Of a DNA stretch of 62,080 nt, positions 24,301 through 31,039 are shown one piece after another (within the stretch, counting starts at the first letter, position 1; each line of letters starts with the position of its first letter). The stretch is from positions 1-62,080 of IMG/VR virus record IMGVR_UViG_3300031963_000147; one strand, 5' to 3'. This DNA is from a virus (Duplodnaviria > Caudoviricetes). Below the pieces are notes generated by a model. The model saw only the letters and a list, made by a program, of their open reading frames with translations, had not been told where the DNA came from and made no database searches. The position numbers were made by a program, and so were the translations under genes.

Positions 24301-24907
24301 GCGTAACCAAACGATCAATCTCCTCGTTGGCCTTGCGGATCTGTTCTCTCTGCTCGTTTACGGTAGGCGCCCATGCTCCGGGAACACCGGCATAGGAAAT
24401 AAACCTTTCCACTTCCTTCTGGCCTTTTGCCTCGAAGTTTGTCTTCAGGCTCATAGCGTTACTAGCGCCTATCTGAGCATTTTCGTACTGGTTGGCAAGC
24501 GCCTTAATTTCAGCCTGCTTCTGCTGGTATTGCTGTTCGCTGAATTTCCCCAGTTCATTCCTTCCCTCGGCTTTGTTTCGCGCAACAATCTTGTCCGCAT
24601 GACTAGCAATTTCTTCTCCACTCGGAATAGAAGGCTTTTGCGGCGCGTTTGAACCTTGACCAGACCCCGCCGCGCTGCCTGGTTCCGCCCCCTTTAGCTT
24701 TTCGACAAATGATTCGGGGGTGTGCGTGAATTTGTCCCCGTAGGCGTCTTTCATTACGCCGTATATCTTCTTTTGATATTCCGGATCATTGCTGATCTTT
24801 TCATCAAATGATTCAGGTGTATGGGTGAATTTGTCTCCATACGCTTCTTTCATAATACCATAAAGTTTTTGGCTGTATGGCTGTCCGGTTTCTACCTTTT
24901 TTCCCAT
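9371..24907 (-). CDS. Giant polyvalent virion cargo protein with DarB-like N6-adenine methyltransferase + SF2/SNF2 helicase and an HExxH zincin-like domain
   Basis: 5,178 aa. MTase motif I ILEGSVGSGRF (~18460) and motif IV ISNIPF (~18270); helicase HQKDAV, VGAGKT (~16390), IDESQEF (~15890), SGTPISN, QRNGRGIRQGN (~14670); LFHEAAH (~13375). Follows the muzzle and cargo genes. Confidence 0.88.
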   Translation of the reverse strand: MGKKVETGQPYSQKLYGIMKEAYGDKFTHTPESFDEKISNDPEYQKKIYGVMKDAYGDKFTHTPESFVEKLKGAEPGSAAGSGQGSNAPQKPSIPSGEEIASHADKIVARNKAEGRNELGKFSEQQYQQKQAEIKALANQYENAQIGASNAMSLKTNFEAKGQKEVERFISYAGVPGAWAPTVNEQREQIRKANEEIDRLVTPAKTWAESNTKKMGPIVNELAESMIGNDVGKFTMKSKSGHVVVNPEVVDEYATRQAAMYGLGENSSFKKLLYNTMIATVDMKMIEPRAKEIFSPYEKAFKKEVNADMDAKFTTDEAERLKYDAATGALFNQIQKQAESEALPVFEQQKKAKEQLQQQANALNAEYNARLEELNKQFQAGAIPLDQYKTTFDQIKNEGDAKIAEIQKASSTLYDQATTKLNEINSRYQNQYKQAAEALKKQADARIKQAEEKFLAEYQVSPEKAAEFSQKYSDAYKQAAEERMASMDATERQAFEAGLLTAPFAQLGRSFMNGFGGSLKALATSMDIPELEMYGDYLAQKNMVATPKSDKVSDLFDLKNLMTLTGQLGGGMTPSILASTTAAMTTGGLGMGASVQMLAASVAGFTAESADIAGRAYNDAFERSGGNVAKAKEAAQKSFDSQLDIMWAYAFEGLPFISKGLSMVPTVGGRMLVGGGIELSTELIQETLQNIAEKNISEGRNAWEMVDMTDGKVGTRPMNFGDFIKQAQDTFVPIAPVAILGMAGQVNSTGNKQEMVNAITAQASKDVLSNVIEGQSTQFVYNTVFNKGSKFTKAAIDNLFTSGQIDKAQRDGMIADVLQAEKYQEKAKALKLSPNDASIYSWISSRADEALAKAAQYADDPVLAKVFEEQAKDYQQQAADFINGKDPEFFSIKYADGSEYLFSTADAEQVFTNPDLVAQVATKRVRIAAFGKGAATMLNHLNEGIKGFFEKRKAAKAAVKPQATDSENTEEKPDVEALMNTPVESVESDEEKAKIIQQVQEGYIPEIEEVEEGKAPVNPQGPSMIAQPVFNPFSAVAREIEGNKTPDTSKTGEKIDTSAGNVDSIDTADKKADIESRRKDIISRKSTPQEKFEFLESIPEGTIFKNEDGDALIVRKKTTKRGTESYQLIPLFLNENDVWEENTSGIAITEKRANGEYNVNAALPQIFTSDVEVVLPTDAEYDAELAALEGKSTPATNEITNEDILRTASPIGRRLAEINNELSNLGYKFEVDMSGEEFNLVDSKGNIVDKEDIPDNINPLVQQFIDLASRLEGAIGDALTSDVANAGEKEFQGEEAQAEEVPAAQIESGNKNPAPINTKDVKIVPYVNDSKLHFNDVGLEVDARGGERDKIGTAGVFVKERIHQYADGRKEIHVGIMGKTAGRTTAAGVGIILPANASKSDAQKIARIVEGVYTEYVKKYAPEALTTAPQSQSPKALAPLADHLDELNANIQNALNAGKESKNASPKDKITQLVLDSPSKSIQATAWKEGIKENPDAAIKEIQEQIADNEKGVRKIIGDEAVDLINETYGRVKSAIREEETQETQDNEEQSEAIDERSIETVESDAESAIKEAGAARTPETVREALEKIEAQINAVGKKIKKLTEVYTTDDIDHEIPSYEIGKKAKREITSFMKDIAQMTGWEIGKNGVRANIAPAGGDVYVELSIPGTPLTLYAAFKYEPEYNRSYDNYTLSEIFYRVEDRTKKGRDQYVGPNQRINISGTGAPYGWGAPKSPAPTSKELATIFAKEAIPYVVDYINKNSPSQEVKDVQDLLSGEKTPQEVIKDIVEQSGIPAPNVVIGKMPKPQEKPAEKPTKRQERISKIKNKDLDDLWGELGNEMGNLNAGLNPKQLEIAVRIIAKYAELGILTFAEVAEDAVARMGEAIIPAMKAAYMSFKMTGATPEQKKQMDSESVVDEYEFNAEQNDQSGETINQDGRGAGGSDTGINAGAGTQGGERGSTTGGGKANENNGGSLSTIPGDVPADNAGTGGAGTGNTELVQPDRLDPDIQQNFVYPENWERTANKTFSKKQAYEDNIAALEIIDSLLDNPDQFATDEQKEALSKYNGLGPLSEILLDDDRERWNKSSLQFYDESRRIISLLDSIGKKTKTNPLATAKSSTRSAYYTSLPIIRAMWEGVTAAGFTGGRILEGSVGSGRFIGGMPKTTMSNSRITGVDMDVVSALVSKYLYPNSLIKNSPIERASLPSNSFDLFISNIPFGKQDIYDPVLDKKGGLWKASQKKLHTYFFAKAIDVVRPGGYIAILTTANTLDTRENQSTRDLILQTCEFVGAVRLGEQAFNADAGTQVVTDIILLRKRQEPIGLPSGEDHPISKIVKELAPHNKPDRPKQFIEYNEYFAKNKENVFGEKYLAGGLYSEDRGYTLTGAPEPEQVAAKLQELASKMPIQPYKHKEKEVDEILQMTPDGRMVSGGVIKKGGKYFTVIDYDKLQGVHNVVEITRLPPDKDRQTLDDFINLKNLYFDILSKDRASEDASAQRVEILDLLNSFVKRVKVQNITSLLSGRSVISQIIQKDPDAFAVLGLIRPDGKFADVVYKSAGADRPAFERTNNPADAIAYSINAFGHVNVPFVREVMDLSSDEEAVKAMGDLVFETPDGSVIEASEYLSGNVREKLDQANEWRKISSKYDRNAEALSKVIPDPIPAEDITFTLGAGWIPVNYYQSFLDVVFGSGKVKVTYSKATDKYNIVSSVVGGEYEALGEHGTKKQVGDVIEAAFTKKIGPYFMTNSRDDSKTPLPVLEQSVRDKVEKLQDAFSQLVVTDPTFKKELAEIYNRVFNGTVIKEYSGSTLTFPGLQGIELRPHQKDAVMLLVQKMGGMVDHIVGAGKTLVLGSAAIKMKQMGLVNKPVICTMKSVIPGMYKELTQAYPGLKILAPKETDFSAANRQRFFSQVANNDWDLVIISHENLGTLTLPPDFEEKYIQNEIEELMDAIAEIKGNSSGERDMFSKKQLKALQEKIENMTTKLNKLQDKGEYATKINMGDMGLDMLFIDESQEFKNLAFHTGMRNVSGLGNPAGSNKAANLKMICRYLQYIHSGDKGVCFASGTPISNSLTELYNIFQFIRPSLLKKLGMNSIDQFINTFGIVSATMEKNVAGVIKSKTRLNKFVNVTELATMYTEVSDIRAVHNLQLPRPKIKGGKPEVVLIKQSESQRAITDAIYEASRTGSVGPLLAVGIDVPDSWEKSLGINLTTLGSKASIDPRMVFPKMPEDGGKIQVAADKVYQHYIDSQDIKGTQLIFSDLGVPKDKAAPIGKRVYDEMVERMGEESIAEYSGADAIWKLKDRAQIKEALVTVFEMSPSEAESVIFQAEDTESFSVYAEMKKKLVRMGIPENEIAFIHDAPTKAKKEELFLKVNNGEVRVLIGSTKKMGTGVNVQRRVVAMHHLDAQWRPSDMEQRNGRGIRQGNMNEEVAIYYYGTEETIDAYRFGLLAKKQAGIDSFRAGGRGVREMDFEDGESMTLSEIAAAISGDTRLLDIEKLGGQIRKFENRIESAKRANALRDERIKNEKSSLNSYNRWIDISKEVAEIAKSTINNEGDRKIIEITVDENGKEKQKEITVPNFPVFTATVSGKQFDTKSTEQSKEFYKEIANRIKSLLDRGSIEVVKIGEIGGIEIVTSAPSNDKGYRSLYLEYKGKTIKTIVRSGREFEWWTILRAISSLRENVLEDINYYERVKSGIEKNIAEYEAQPDLVADPKDIEGLKQAKEKRDAILKELEEEEKAREERERNQGQNANPEEDLDDAAAEYQKATGDVATITDEKLRAQIDKVVSALKNVDPGARVVIHNDAESYASALEAMGEDPANADTSAAYDPISGEIHLNVNKIGDTTLFHEAAHPIMAIMIEMNPELLDGLYSQIESDPTLSKFVAFGSRYADPNQQKKEAVIEFLAAVAAGKLDGYKNTPLWDKIKAFFNSLIKFFTGKDTFEINLDNVSELKTFAGKFAEAVRTGTPVANSYQKVVRGGAEYQLSPEEQMMDKVRAAVVGAYNTGYSREDIIRLINEEPTVKQVIESQGTIQDFIDAALTVGPDPVESTKEQPVSGSVDYDFNISGSGDVREASVAGRAMRGMAEDALKQSIEKMGFDQYHVRTAYEADIIAQDFIDSVGMATAFKEAVVSRLVPDDIGAIVIAKAMMNPDMLGDTKAVPDLLRILSERGTNAGRGVNIYKYIYENYDIGFDIEKKFSEYRTASGDSNIPELVEKKWREYEEEMNSLREEIKQLAADKERLDAEVAISIIKENIARETSGRKLPQKEREKISDRIRKAKLARPDVFNSASPAVIAWDTAVEIVATTFDTTQSLAQAVKKGIDYLQNTEWYKSLNPEKKTEAIQKFADYYQEEGVPEPYMTDEGNLVIPNSFLRSLVAEGYETIEDITEQVRLVVDEAFPDYKFSEREVRDAITGYGRTIEMASDDISKALRKAKNIGRIISGLEDVQTGLSPLRSGLQREPTDPDIRLKMKELREAMKDLPVDQEASERQLKTALDAIKTRLTNAIQDIEREIETGMRIEKSKRGVAYDQTVKDLKERLAELRKERDALFGEEMSQSRRINAAIRLLDYAIESTQKALDSNDLKFKSKEKVSTPEIEAKREVLKALQARLKEARKEAGVIEAQRLANAKKNTEKLIQEYERRLREKDYAPKKRTPLVEDTELARKRARLRELKDKVDQDILDASLRNFKNSEARWNAFNEAWNLPKTVRASLEFSPILIQGGPLTMKYALTQQGELLQAIKQLGIAAANESTIKRIQNMVKDLPWYTEAMVAGLELSEFGGDISKAEEGFVFGALGHKIYDVPVGGAAKAIFGERVGERVKELNPMKVTERGASAYLNYLRIREYERGRKMLLARGYTIQNNKREFENLAKVINTYTGRGAVPGSPKYKAALTKGLSYLLFSAKNWSSVIKQTTPIGFIYFLQKTDMESGRPKLSVAQRVALENWLATYGTSAAFVLLFRSLFGGDDDDDKDGVSVSLDPRSSDFAKIKVGDTRVDPWGGRSQMLTFQARMYTQEIVNQYGETVEMGEYNEETGRANTNWLRLTYKLFQGKLHPTAAAILEKGMAEKNKYGQMIDEYGNPVLLKDQLTELFVPMYIASVVENYQEQSTELASVFTLIGSVGVSTNTYGGYTDMLKKETLKLEGKYLYENGGEEVPEGVKNMLQKKAEIIVKKKMRDGERRRRAQ

Positions 24908-24910
24908 GCT

Positions 24911-26449
24911 TTAGTTCGGGTCTATTTCGGGGTTAAAGTTTCCTTTTTCTTGTGACGACGCTCCTTTCTTCTTCAGGTCTGCGATCACCTCTTCTACTCT
25001 CTTAATCGCTTTCGCAACACTTTTGCTTTCATTGTCGTCCATGATCGACGCTTTCGGGTCGAGCTTTTTCAGGCTGGAAAGATATGCTTCATTTGTAGCA
25101 AGCGCCTCTGCCATTTTTGATTTTTGCTCCCCAGAATATGCTGATGCCTTTTGCTTGTTTGCCGAAAGGTCGGTCTGCGCTTCCCAGTTTTTTACCCCGC
25201 CATAAAAGTCCGCATTTCCGGATGCCGCCTTGAATGACGCCTCGTTGCGATCAAGATCAACTACTTGCATTGTTCCTGAGCCATACGCGGTCAAAACACC
25301 TTTATCGGCGATCACTTTGTCTTCTGATACGCCGTATTTGGCCGCCATCTCTGCCTTCTGTTGATATAAATCAACTCCCTCTCTTATGGGTGATTGACCG
25401 ACAACCTTCATGGATTCACCTTGAAGATGCCACTTGCCATCATTTCCGACAAATGCGTTTACCTGTCCTCCTAGTATCAGGTTTCCTCCATCTGGCGTCT
25501 CGTATCGCTGCGGTGTAAGACCTTCAAATGCCACGTAGTCTGCCCGTCCTTCACTTGTTGGATACTTGGACTGAGGAACCATGGTGAATTTCTTTGAACC
25601 ACCGGCACCGAAGTTTCTTGCGGCCAGTTTTGCTTCTTTGGCTGCTTCACTGTTGTTCGTTTTTCCGGGCTTGTAGTTCCTGTAAAACTCGTCCTCGTTT
25701 GATTTATAGATGTATTCTGCCGCGTCCTGAACGGTTTCGTGTGGCATACCCGCGTCCTTGGCCTGTTTCAGTGCTGAATCAAGTTCTGCTTTGTTTCTGG
25801 ATAATTTCATCACTGCCGGTCCCATAAAATCTTCCTTGGAAACTTCGGTATATGCTCCGTTGGTTTCTGGTTTCGGGATCAATTCAGCGGCCCATTCTAC
25901 CGGGTCAAACTTGGGTGTGAAAAATTCAGCAAATGCGCCCTGAAGGTATTCTTTCTTTTTAGACGGATCTGGAATAGCCACCGCGTTCTGCAGGATGCTT
26001 GTGTAATCATTGTAGTTGAACTGGTCTGGATTCTCTTCCACGATCTTACCGGCGGCCTCTGTCATGTCCTGAATTTCCTTTCCGGCGGATTGAAGCCCCA
26101 AAATCCTTGCGCGGGTATTGGCAAACTCCTTTTCAAATTCCGGATTCTGATAAAGGTCTATTCCGGAAGATTCCAGTTCAGCCTTTCTTTTGGCTAAATC
26201 GTCGATTTCTTTTACAACTTGGTCGCGTGTCGGCGCATACAGTTCCTTTGGATAAAGTTTGTCCAGGCTGTAATTTTCCCGGAAGGCTTTTCGGTTTGCT
26301 GCCTGCTGGTTAGCCTGCTGCACCATCATGTTCATTTTTCGCGTGTTGTACGCGCTCCAAAACTGGTCAATATTAAATGACCCGCCAAGCATCGGACTTG
26401 GAACCGGAGATTTTATCCCGCGATATGGTGAATTAGGTTCTAGTGCCAT
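24911..26449 (-). CDS. Putative internal virion (ejected cargo) protein
   Basis: 512 aa, helical and Q/A/K-rich; lies between the small cargo gene and the giant gene, the usual podovirus ejectosome position. Confidence 0.55.
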   Translation of the reverse strand: MALEPNSPYRGIKSPVPSPMLGGSFNIDQFWSAYNTRKMNMMVQQANQQAANRKAFRENYSLDKLYPKELYAPTRDQVVKEIDDLAKRKAELESSGIDLYQNPEFEKEFANTRARILGLQSAGKEIQDMTEAAGKIVEENPDQFNYNDYTSILQNAVAIPDPSKKKEYLQGAFAEFFTPKFDPVEWAAELIPKPETNGAYTEVSKEDFMGPAVMKLSRNKAELDSALKQAKDAGMPHETVQDAAEYIYKSNEDEFYRNYKPGKTNNSEAAKEAKLAARNFGAGGSKKFTMVPQSKYPTSEGRADYVAFEGLTPQRYETPDGGNLILGGQVNAFVGNDGKWHLQGESMKVVGQSPIREGVDLYQQKAEMAAKYGVSEDKVIADKGVLTAYGSGTMQVVDLDRNEASFKAASGNADFYGGVKNWEAQTDLSANKQKASAYSGEQKSKMAEALATNEAYLSSLKKLDPKASIMDDNESKSVAKAIKRVEEVIADLKKKGASSQEKGNFNPEIDPN

Positions 26450-26451
26450 CG

Positions 26452-27192
26452 TTAATCAAGTTGAATCTCCGCAGCGTCGTATATTGGTGTAGATGCAGTA
26501 ATGTTTCCGTAGTCCGAGGGAACGTATGCGCTAAACACTCCGTAGTTCTCCACCGGCGCTGCCGTCAGTGGATTGTTATTGGTGTTTCCTGTTGTGGACT
26601 TGTTCAATGAATTCAGGTAAGCGTCAATTTGCTTGTTCTGCGCATATCCTCCCAGTGCACTCATAGCCTGAGAAGATCCGCCGCCGATCAAATTGTTCCC
26701 GTTTCCGATCATGTTGTACGCCTGATCCATCTTGCGCATAAACGGCTGCATGGTATTGATGTCGAAAAGACGTTTTTCCTCTTCGCCCATTCTCCAAAGT
26801 TCCTGATTCAAGAAACTCTGGCGCCCCATGTAGTTTTCAGCCGCTCTGAATCCAATTTCATTTTGGCTTCTCATTCTGTTTCCAAAAAGACGAAGAGCTG
26901 CATTCATGTAGTCAGCACTTCCGGAAGCACCTGGAGCCATTGTGCTCATGCCGCTGGAAAGTGACATATCAAGGTTGTTTTCCAGATAGTCTTGGCCTGG
27001 CATGCTGAATGAAGCAGCAAGGTTGCGTGCCCTTGCTAGTGCTTCTTTGGATGAATCAGGAATGGTGGCCTGCGGATCAATCAATCCTTCGAGCATGTCT
27101 TTTCCCACGCGTCGATCTCTGATTCCCATCCCCATATTTATCGCGCTCATACCAAGCTGAGCGATCATCATTGCTGTCATCGGATCTATCAT
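26452..27192 (-). CDS. Putative internal virion / membrane-channel cargo protein
   Basis: 246 aa; Met/Gly/Ala-rich hydrophobic N-terminus (MIDPMTAMMIAQLGMSAINMGMG) typical of the first ejected protein. Confidence 0.55.
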   Translation of the reverse strand: MIDPMTAMMIAQLGMSAINMGMGIRDRRVGKDMLEGLIDPQATIPDSSKEALARARNLAASFSMPGQDYLENNLDMSLSSGMSTMAPGASGSADYMNAALRLFGNRMRSQNEIGFRAAENYMGRQSFLNQELWRMGEEEKRLFDINTMQPFMRKMDQAYNMIGNGNNLIGGGSSQAMSALGGYAQNKQIDAYLNSLNKSTTGNTNNNPLTAAPVENYGVFSAYVPSDYGNITASTPIYDAAEIQLD

Positions 27193-27196
27193 GTGG

Positions 27197-27204
27197 CAAA
27201 TTTA
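27197..27204 (-). promoter_or_regulatory. Bacteroidota -7 element
   Basis: TAAATTTG 4 nt before the ATG at 27192. Confidence 0.5.
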
Positions 27205-30200
27205 TTTAGGTTCACGTTGTAAATCGAATTCAATGTTTGCTGAAAATATCACGCATTCTGCTTCTGCATCATCAGCGGTGATCTTGTGTGTAATCGAAGA
27301 GCCTATCAGGTCTCTTCCGGAAACAAGTGCTTTATCTGCTGAATCAAGGTCCGGAATCTCCGGAACAATATTGCTCTTGTCTTTCAGGTACGGAGCCCAG
27401 ATAAATTCTTCAATCGGACGGAAGACTGCGGATGGTATTTCGCTGGTCATTCCATTTGGGTAATTTATGGTAGCCGGCACAGTGATCTCCTCCGCTTTCC
27501 AAAGAGCATTTGTCTTCAGGCCAATCGCCAATGGCTTTTTCATCACGTTTGGACCCTGATTAAACACAAAGGTCAAAGAAGGTGGACCATAAACGGTTCC
27601 GTAGAAATTCAGATTCTCTCCCTGATTGTGCTTGTACAACTGCCATTCGTCCGTTGAAATCAAAGTAGAAAGAAGTGTTTCTCCCCATTCCATCGGGTAA
27701 TCTATCCTATGAGACCACTGATTTTTTTCGTAGTTGAATACAATGGCGTTTATCTGCCCGAAGAACGGCTTGTAAAATGTGATGTACTCCTTGTTTAATG
27801 GGTCAATCACCGAAAATACCTTTGGCTGGAAAAATGACACAGACGAAAACTGATCGCTCCATTCAAAAGCAAATTTGGAGAACTTGAATTGACCGTCACA
27901 TATTGAATAGTGTCCGCCGTCGGTAAGTTTGGCCCAAGTCTTCCGCCATAAATCAAAGAAAAATAGCTGGTTGTCGATCAAACGCACAGTTCTTGGATGA
28001 ACAGTTCCATACGGCACCTCTTTGCCTGGAGCGCCGAAGGTCGTGCTTACAAACGCGGGCTGAGAAACAGCGCCGTCGGCCCCAACACTGTACGTTCCGG
28101 TGTAGACCGGCGTAGTAACAATATCCTGAATTACATGCAGTGTTTTACCACTGTATTTCATTGCCCTGATCGTGCCGTTCTTTTCATTCAGGCTGATCCG
28201 GTTCTTTGTGCCGTTGAAATTGCACAGGTTATTCAGCAGGGTCTGGTCGATGATCGTTCCGCTGTGAATTGCGTCTGCTTTGTAATGATACCTCCTGTTT
28301 TCTGGGTTTTCTACCGCCAGTCTTCCCAAATGATAAAAGTCCGAAATGTAAAAATCAGACCTTGCAGGATCCTCGATGTATGAATACGCGGCAACCAAGA
28401 ACGAACCGGAAAGGGCTGAATCATTCAGTCTTTGGCGATAATACACGTTGCCCCAGTCAAGCGCCACAACCGCCGGAGCAGCGGATGATTCTGATACGTT
28501 GATCTGGTCTAGAACAAATTCAATTTTGCCCCCTGCTGTGTCAGAAAAATCATACAAAGTAGCGTCAGCAAGAGCAGAATAATACTGTCCGGGCGCACCT
28601 TCCAAAATATAAGGAATTTCAATAATTTGAACGTCTCCGTTAGAGTTTGTCAATCGGATTGTTGTGGCCCTTGGGTTTCCCACATAAGCGCCCATGTTTA
28701 GGTATGCCACTAACGTGCTTCCGACCGGACACCCTCCAAGAACGTCTTGCATAGTGCTGAATCCTCCGCCTTTGTGATACCTGGTTGTCAGGTGAGCATC
28801 ACCTATTTCTCCATCATAAATTTCCCACCACGGAGCGTTTTCATCAATCACCGGTGGCTGGAAAATCTCAAATATCTGTGATGTGTACCCTAATTCATTG
28901 GATGTTTCTGAGCCGAGAATGCCTAAATCAAACTGAGAAACCCAGATACACGGACGATCTCCTACTCCTTCTGAAAGACTAGCCTTCAATACCTGCATTT
29001 CATTGTAGCTGTCTGTGTATGGCGCGGGATCTGTTGTCGCTGAATTCAGGTTTTTCCGGATGAACCGGACAATATCGCCTACCTGCGGAACATAATCGTA
29101 TTTGGCACCGTATTGTTTCTGATACAGGTCGTCGTAGGTGATCTTGTATGCGTTTTGGAATCCAGGGTCAACCTCCAAGCGGAACAGCGATAACTGAACG
29201 CCTCTGAATGGAGCAAAGCGAACTACGATCTGATATGAATCAGCCCAGATAGGCGGAAGATTATTGATCGTCATGTTCACCGTCACGTAATACGGATTGT
29301 CCCGATTCACAAAAGCATCTCTGGCCTCCTCCAGTGAAGGAAACGGAATGTTTATCAAAACATCTTCCTGCCTGGCTTCTTTTTGAACTGTCCCGTCTCT
29401 TAATCCGCGATCATAATACTGAAGAGCCAAGTAATAGTTCCAGCCCTGTTTGACTTCTCGTTGTAATCCAGAGCGACGGGTTGGCCGGTTTTTGTTTGAT
29501 GGGTCATTAAGAGCGACTACACCAAACGGAACAATCACAAAAGTCTGTGTGGCTGGATTTATTGCCTGAACAGTAGAAAAAAGACCGCCAAAAGTGTTGT
29601 TTTTCTCAACAAACACAATCCCAAACTCTTCATTGATCTGATTCGCCCACGCTTCCGCAATTATGTCTTGAACCGCTGTTACCTGAAGCGCAACAGTAGG
29701 CTGAGTAAGCGCATCGGCAATGTTTTGCTCTGTAAGCGTATAGGTTAAAAGAACAAAGCCAAGGTTCGGAGTTGTTATTTCAACCTGAAGAGTATAGGTG
29801 TCTCCTGGAGAAAAATTAAATGTTGTGTACCCAGCCGTCACTTCGCTTCCTATCACTATTTCTGCGGAAGAAAGAGGCATATCATTCAGACCGTAGATAT
29901 AAAGGGTCTGAAAATTCCACCTGTAATTCTTTATTTCATGGCACGTATGCGAAAGCGTATAATCAACCTCTACATTGTCGTAGTTCTGCCAAAAGTCTCC
30001 ATACGCAAGTTCGTTGGTCTGCATGTACTCCTGAGCACCTACCACCTGCGGCATGTTGCTGTTGTTGTACAAAATACCAAGCTCATTGATCTCCGAAGTA
30101 ACCGGCTTCAGTGCGTTGTTGTTGAAGAACTTGTATTCATAAACATCATCGTCAGGGGTTCCGGTTATCACCTTATCAAGTTCAAAACATACCAACCATG

Positions 30201-31038
30201 GTCCGCCATTTGTCCGAACCGCTATTCTCAGCTTCTTCACCCGGTAAGGACCGGTCTGAATAGTCACCCCAATGTAGTTGTCATTCCACGGAGTAGCGTA
30301 ATCCGGCCCCTGTACCCAGTCCTGATTTACCGGAAGGGCCATATCTGATATAGGTGAATAAGTTGACCATTCGCCGTCGGCATAACCAAATTGATAGGCA
30401 AACTCGAATGAAAGCTGCTTGATAAAGTTCGGCTTATCCGGTTCCGTTCCGTAAGCAACTGCCGGCCCCTTCCATGGCGGCCACTTCAGTGCTTCAATGC
30501 TTCTTAAATCAATGTAGTTGTACAGGCCGTCAAGAGCATCCTGCACATTTATTCGCATCGGCGGATTGAACAGCCTGCCGGTATTCAGCGGCTCCGGATC
30601 GTCAAAGAAAAACTGAGAATCTTCCCGGCCATCAGTCCACGAAAGAAGATTGTTGGAAATATGCGCCCAGATAATCGGGTAATTCAGATCAAAGTTGAGC
30701 TGCGGACCACTTATCAGCGCATAATACAGGTTCATCTCATTGAAAAACACAATGATGCTGTGAAACCCGTTTGAATTATGGTAGAAAACAACCATGGCCT
30801 TTTGTTCTACCCATGGCGCCATGCCAATACATGTATTTGTGCCATTGGGTAAAAAGTCTGCGCTGATCTCTACGCTTTCATTTCCCAGAAAGGATGTGCG
30901 TGCACCGTCAGCGGACTTTTCAATAGACCCTACGCGCAGGTAATATGCGTCTCGAAGGTCTCCGTTGGGAATAACCCTGTCTTCATCATCTGAATTCAGT
31001 TTGCCCCCAAAGTATATGTCAACGTTTCTTCCTGCCAT
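27202..31038 (-). CDS. Tail muzzle/nozzle ('stabilisation') protein, crAss-like/podovirus type
   Basis: About 1,278 aa from the ATG at 31038. N-terminal GGKLNSDDEDRVIPNGDLRDA..LRV, FEFAYQFGYADGEWSTYSP and beta-propeller-like C-terminus; downstream of ring-protein-sized genes. Confidence 0.7.
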   Translation of the reverse strand: MAGRNVDIYFGGKLNSDDEDRVIPNGDLRDAYYLRVGSIEKSADGARTSFLGNESVEISADFLPNGTNTCIGMAPWVEQKAMVVFYHNSNGFHSIIVFFNEMNLYYALISGPQLNFDLNYPIIWAHISNNLLSWTDGREDSQFFFDDPEPLNTGRLFNPPMRINVQDALDGLYNYIDLRSIEALKWPPWKGPAVAYGTEPDKPNFIKQLSFEFAYQFGYADGEWSTYSPISDMALPVNQDWVQGPDYATPWNDNYIGVTIQTGPYRVKKLRIAVRTNGGPWLVCFELDKVITGTPDDDVYEYKFFNNNALKPVTSEINELGILYNNSNMPQVVGAQEYMQTNELAYGDFWQNYDNVEVDYTLSHTCHEIKNYRWNFQTLYIYGLNDMPLSSAEIVIGSEVTAGYTTFNFSPGDTYTLQVEITTPNLGFVLLTYTLTEQNIADALTQPTVALQVTAVQDIIAEAWANQINEEFGIVFVEKNNTFGGLFSTVQAINPATQTFVIVPFGVVALNDPSNKNRPTRRSGLQREVKQGWNYYLALQYYDRGLRDGTVQKEARQEDVLINIPFPSLEEARDAFVNRDNPYYVTVNMTINNLPPIWADSYQIVVRFAPFRGVQLSLFRLEVDPGFQNAYKITYDDLYQKQYGAKYDYVPQVGDIVRFIRKNLNSATTDPAPYTDSYNEMQVLKASLSEGVGDRPCIWVSQFDLGILGSETSNELGYTSQIFEIFQPPVIDENAPWWEIYDGEIGDAHLTTRYHKGGGFSTMQDVLGGCPVGSTLVAYLNMGAYVGNPRATTIRLTNSNGDVQIIEIPYILEGAPGQYYSALADATLYDFSDTAGGKIEFVLDQINVSESSAAPAVVALDWGNVYYRQRLNDSALSGSFLVAAYSYIEDPARSDFYISDFYHLGRLAVENPENRRYHYKADAIHSGTIIDQTLLNNLCNFNGTKNRISLNEKNGTIRAMKYSGKTLHVIQDIVTTPVYTGTYSVGADGAVSQPAFVSTTFGAPGKEVPYGTVHPRTVRLIDNQLFFFDLWRKTWAKLTDGGHYSICDGQFKFSKFAFEWSDQFSSVSFFQPKVFSVIDPLNKEYITFYKPFFGQINAIVFNYEKNQWSHRIDYPMEWGETLLSTLISTDEWQLYKHNQGENLNFYGTVYGPPSLTFVFNQGPNVMKKPLAIGLKTNALWKAEEITVPATINYPNGMTSEIPSAVFRPIEEFIWAPYLKDKSNIVPEIPDLDSADKALVSGRDLIGSSITHKITADDAEAECVIFSANIEFDLQREPK

Positions 31039-31039
31039 A

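Noticed and set aside
9371-24907. Virion RNA polymerase as in Crassvirales
   Set aside because: No DFDID/DxDxD catalytic context seen; the motifs are MTase and helicase.
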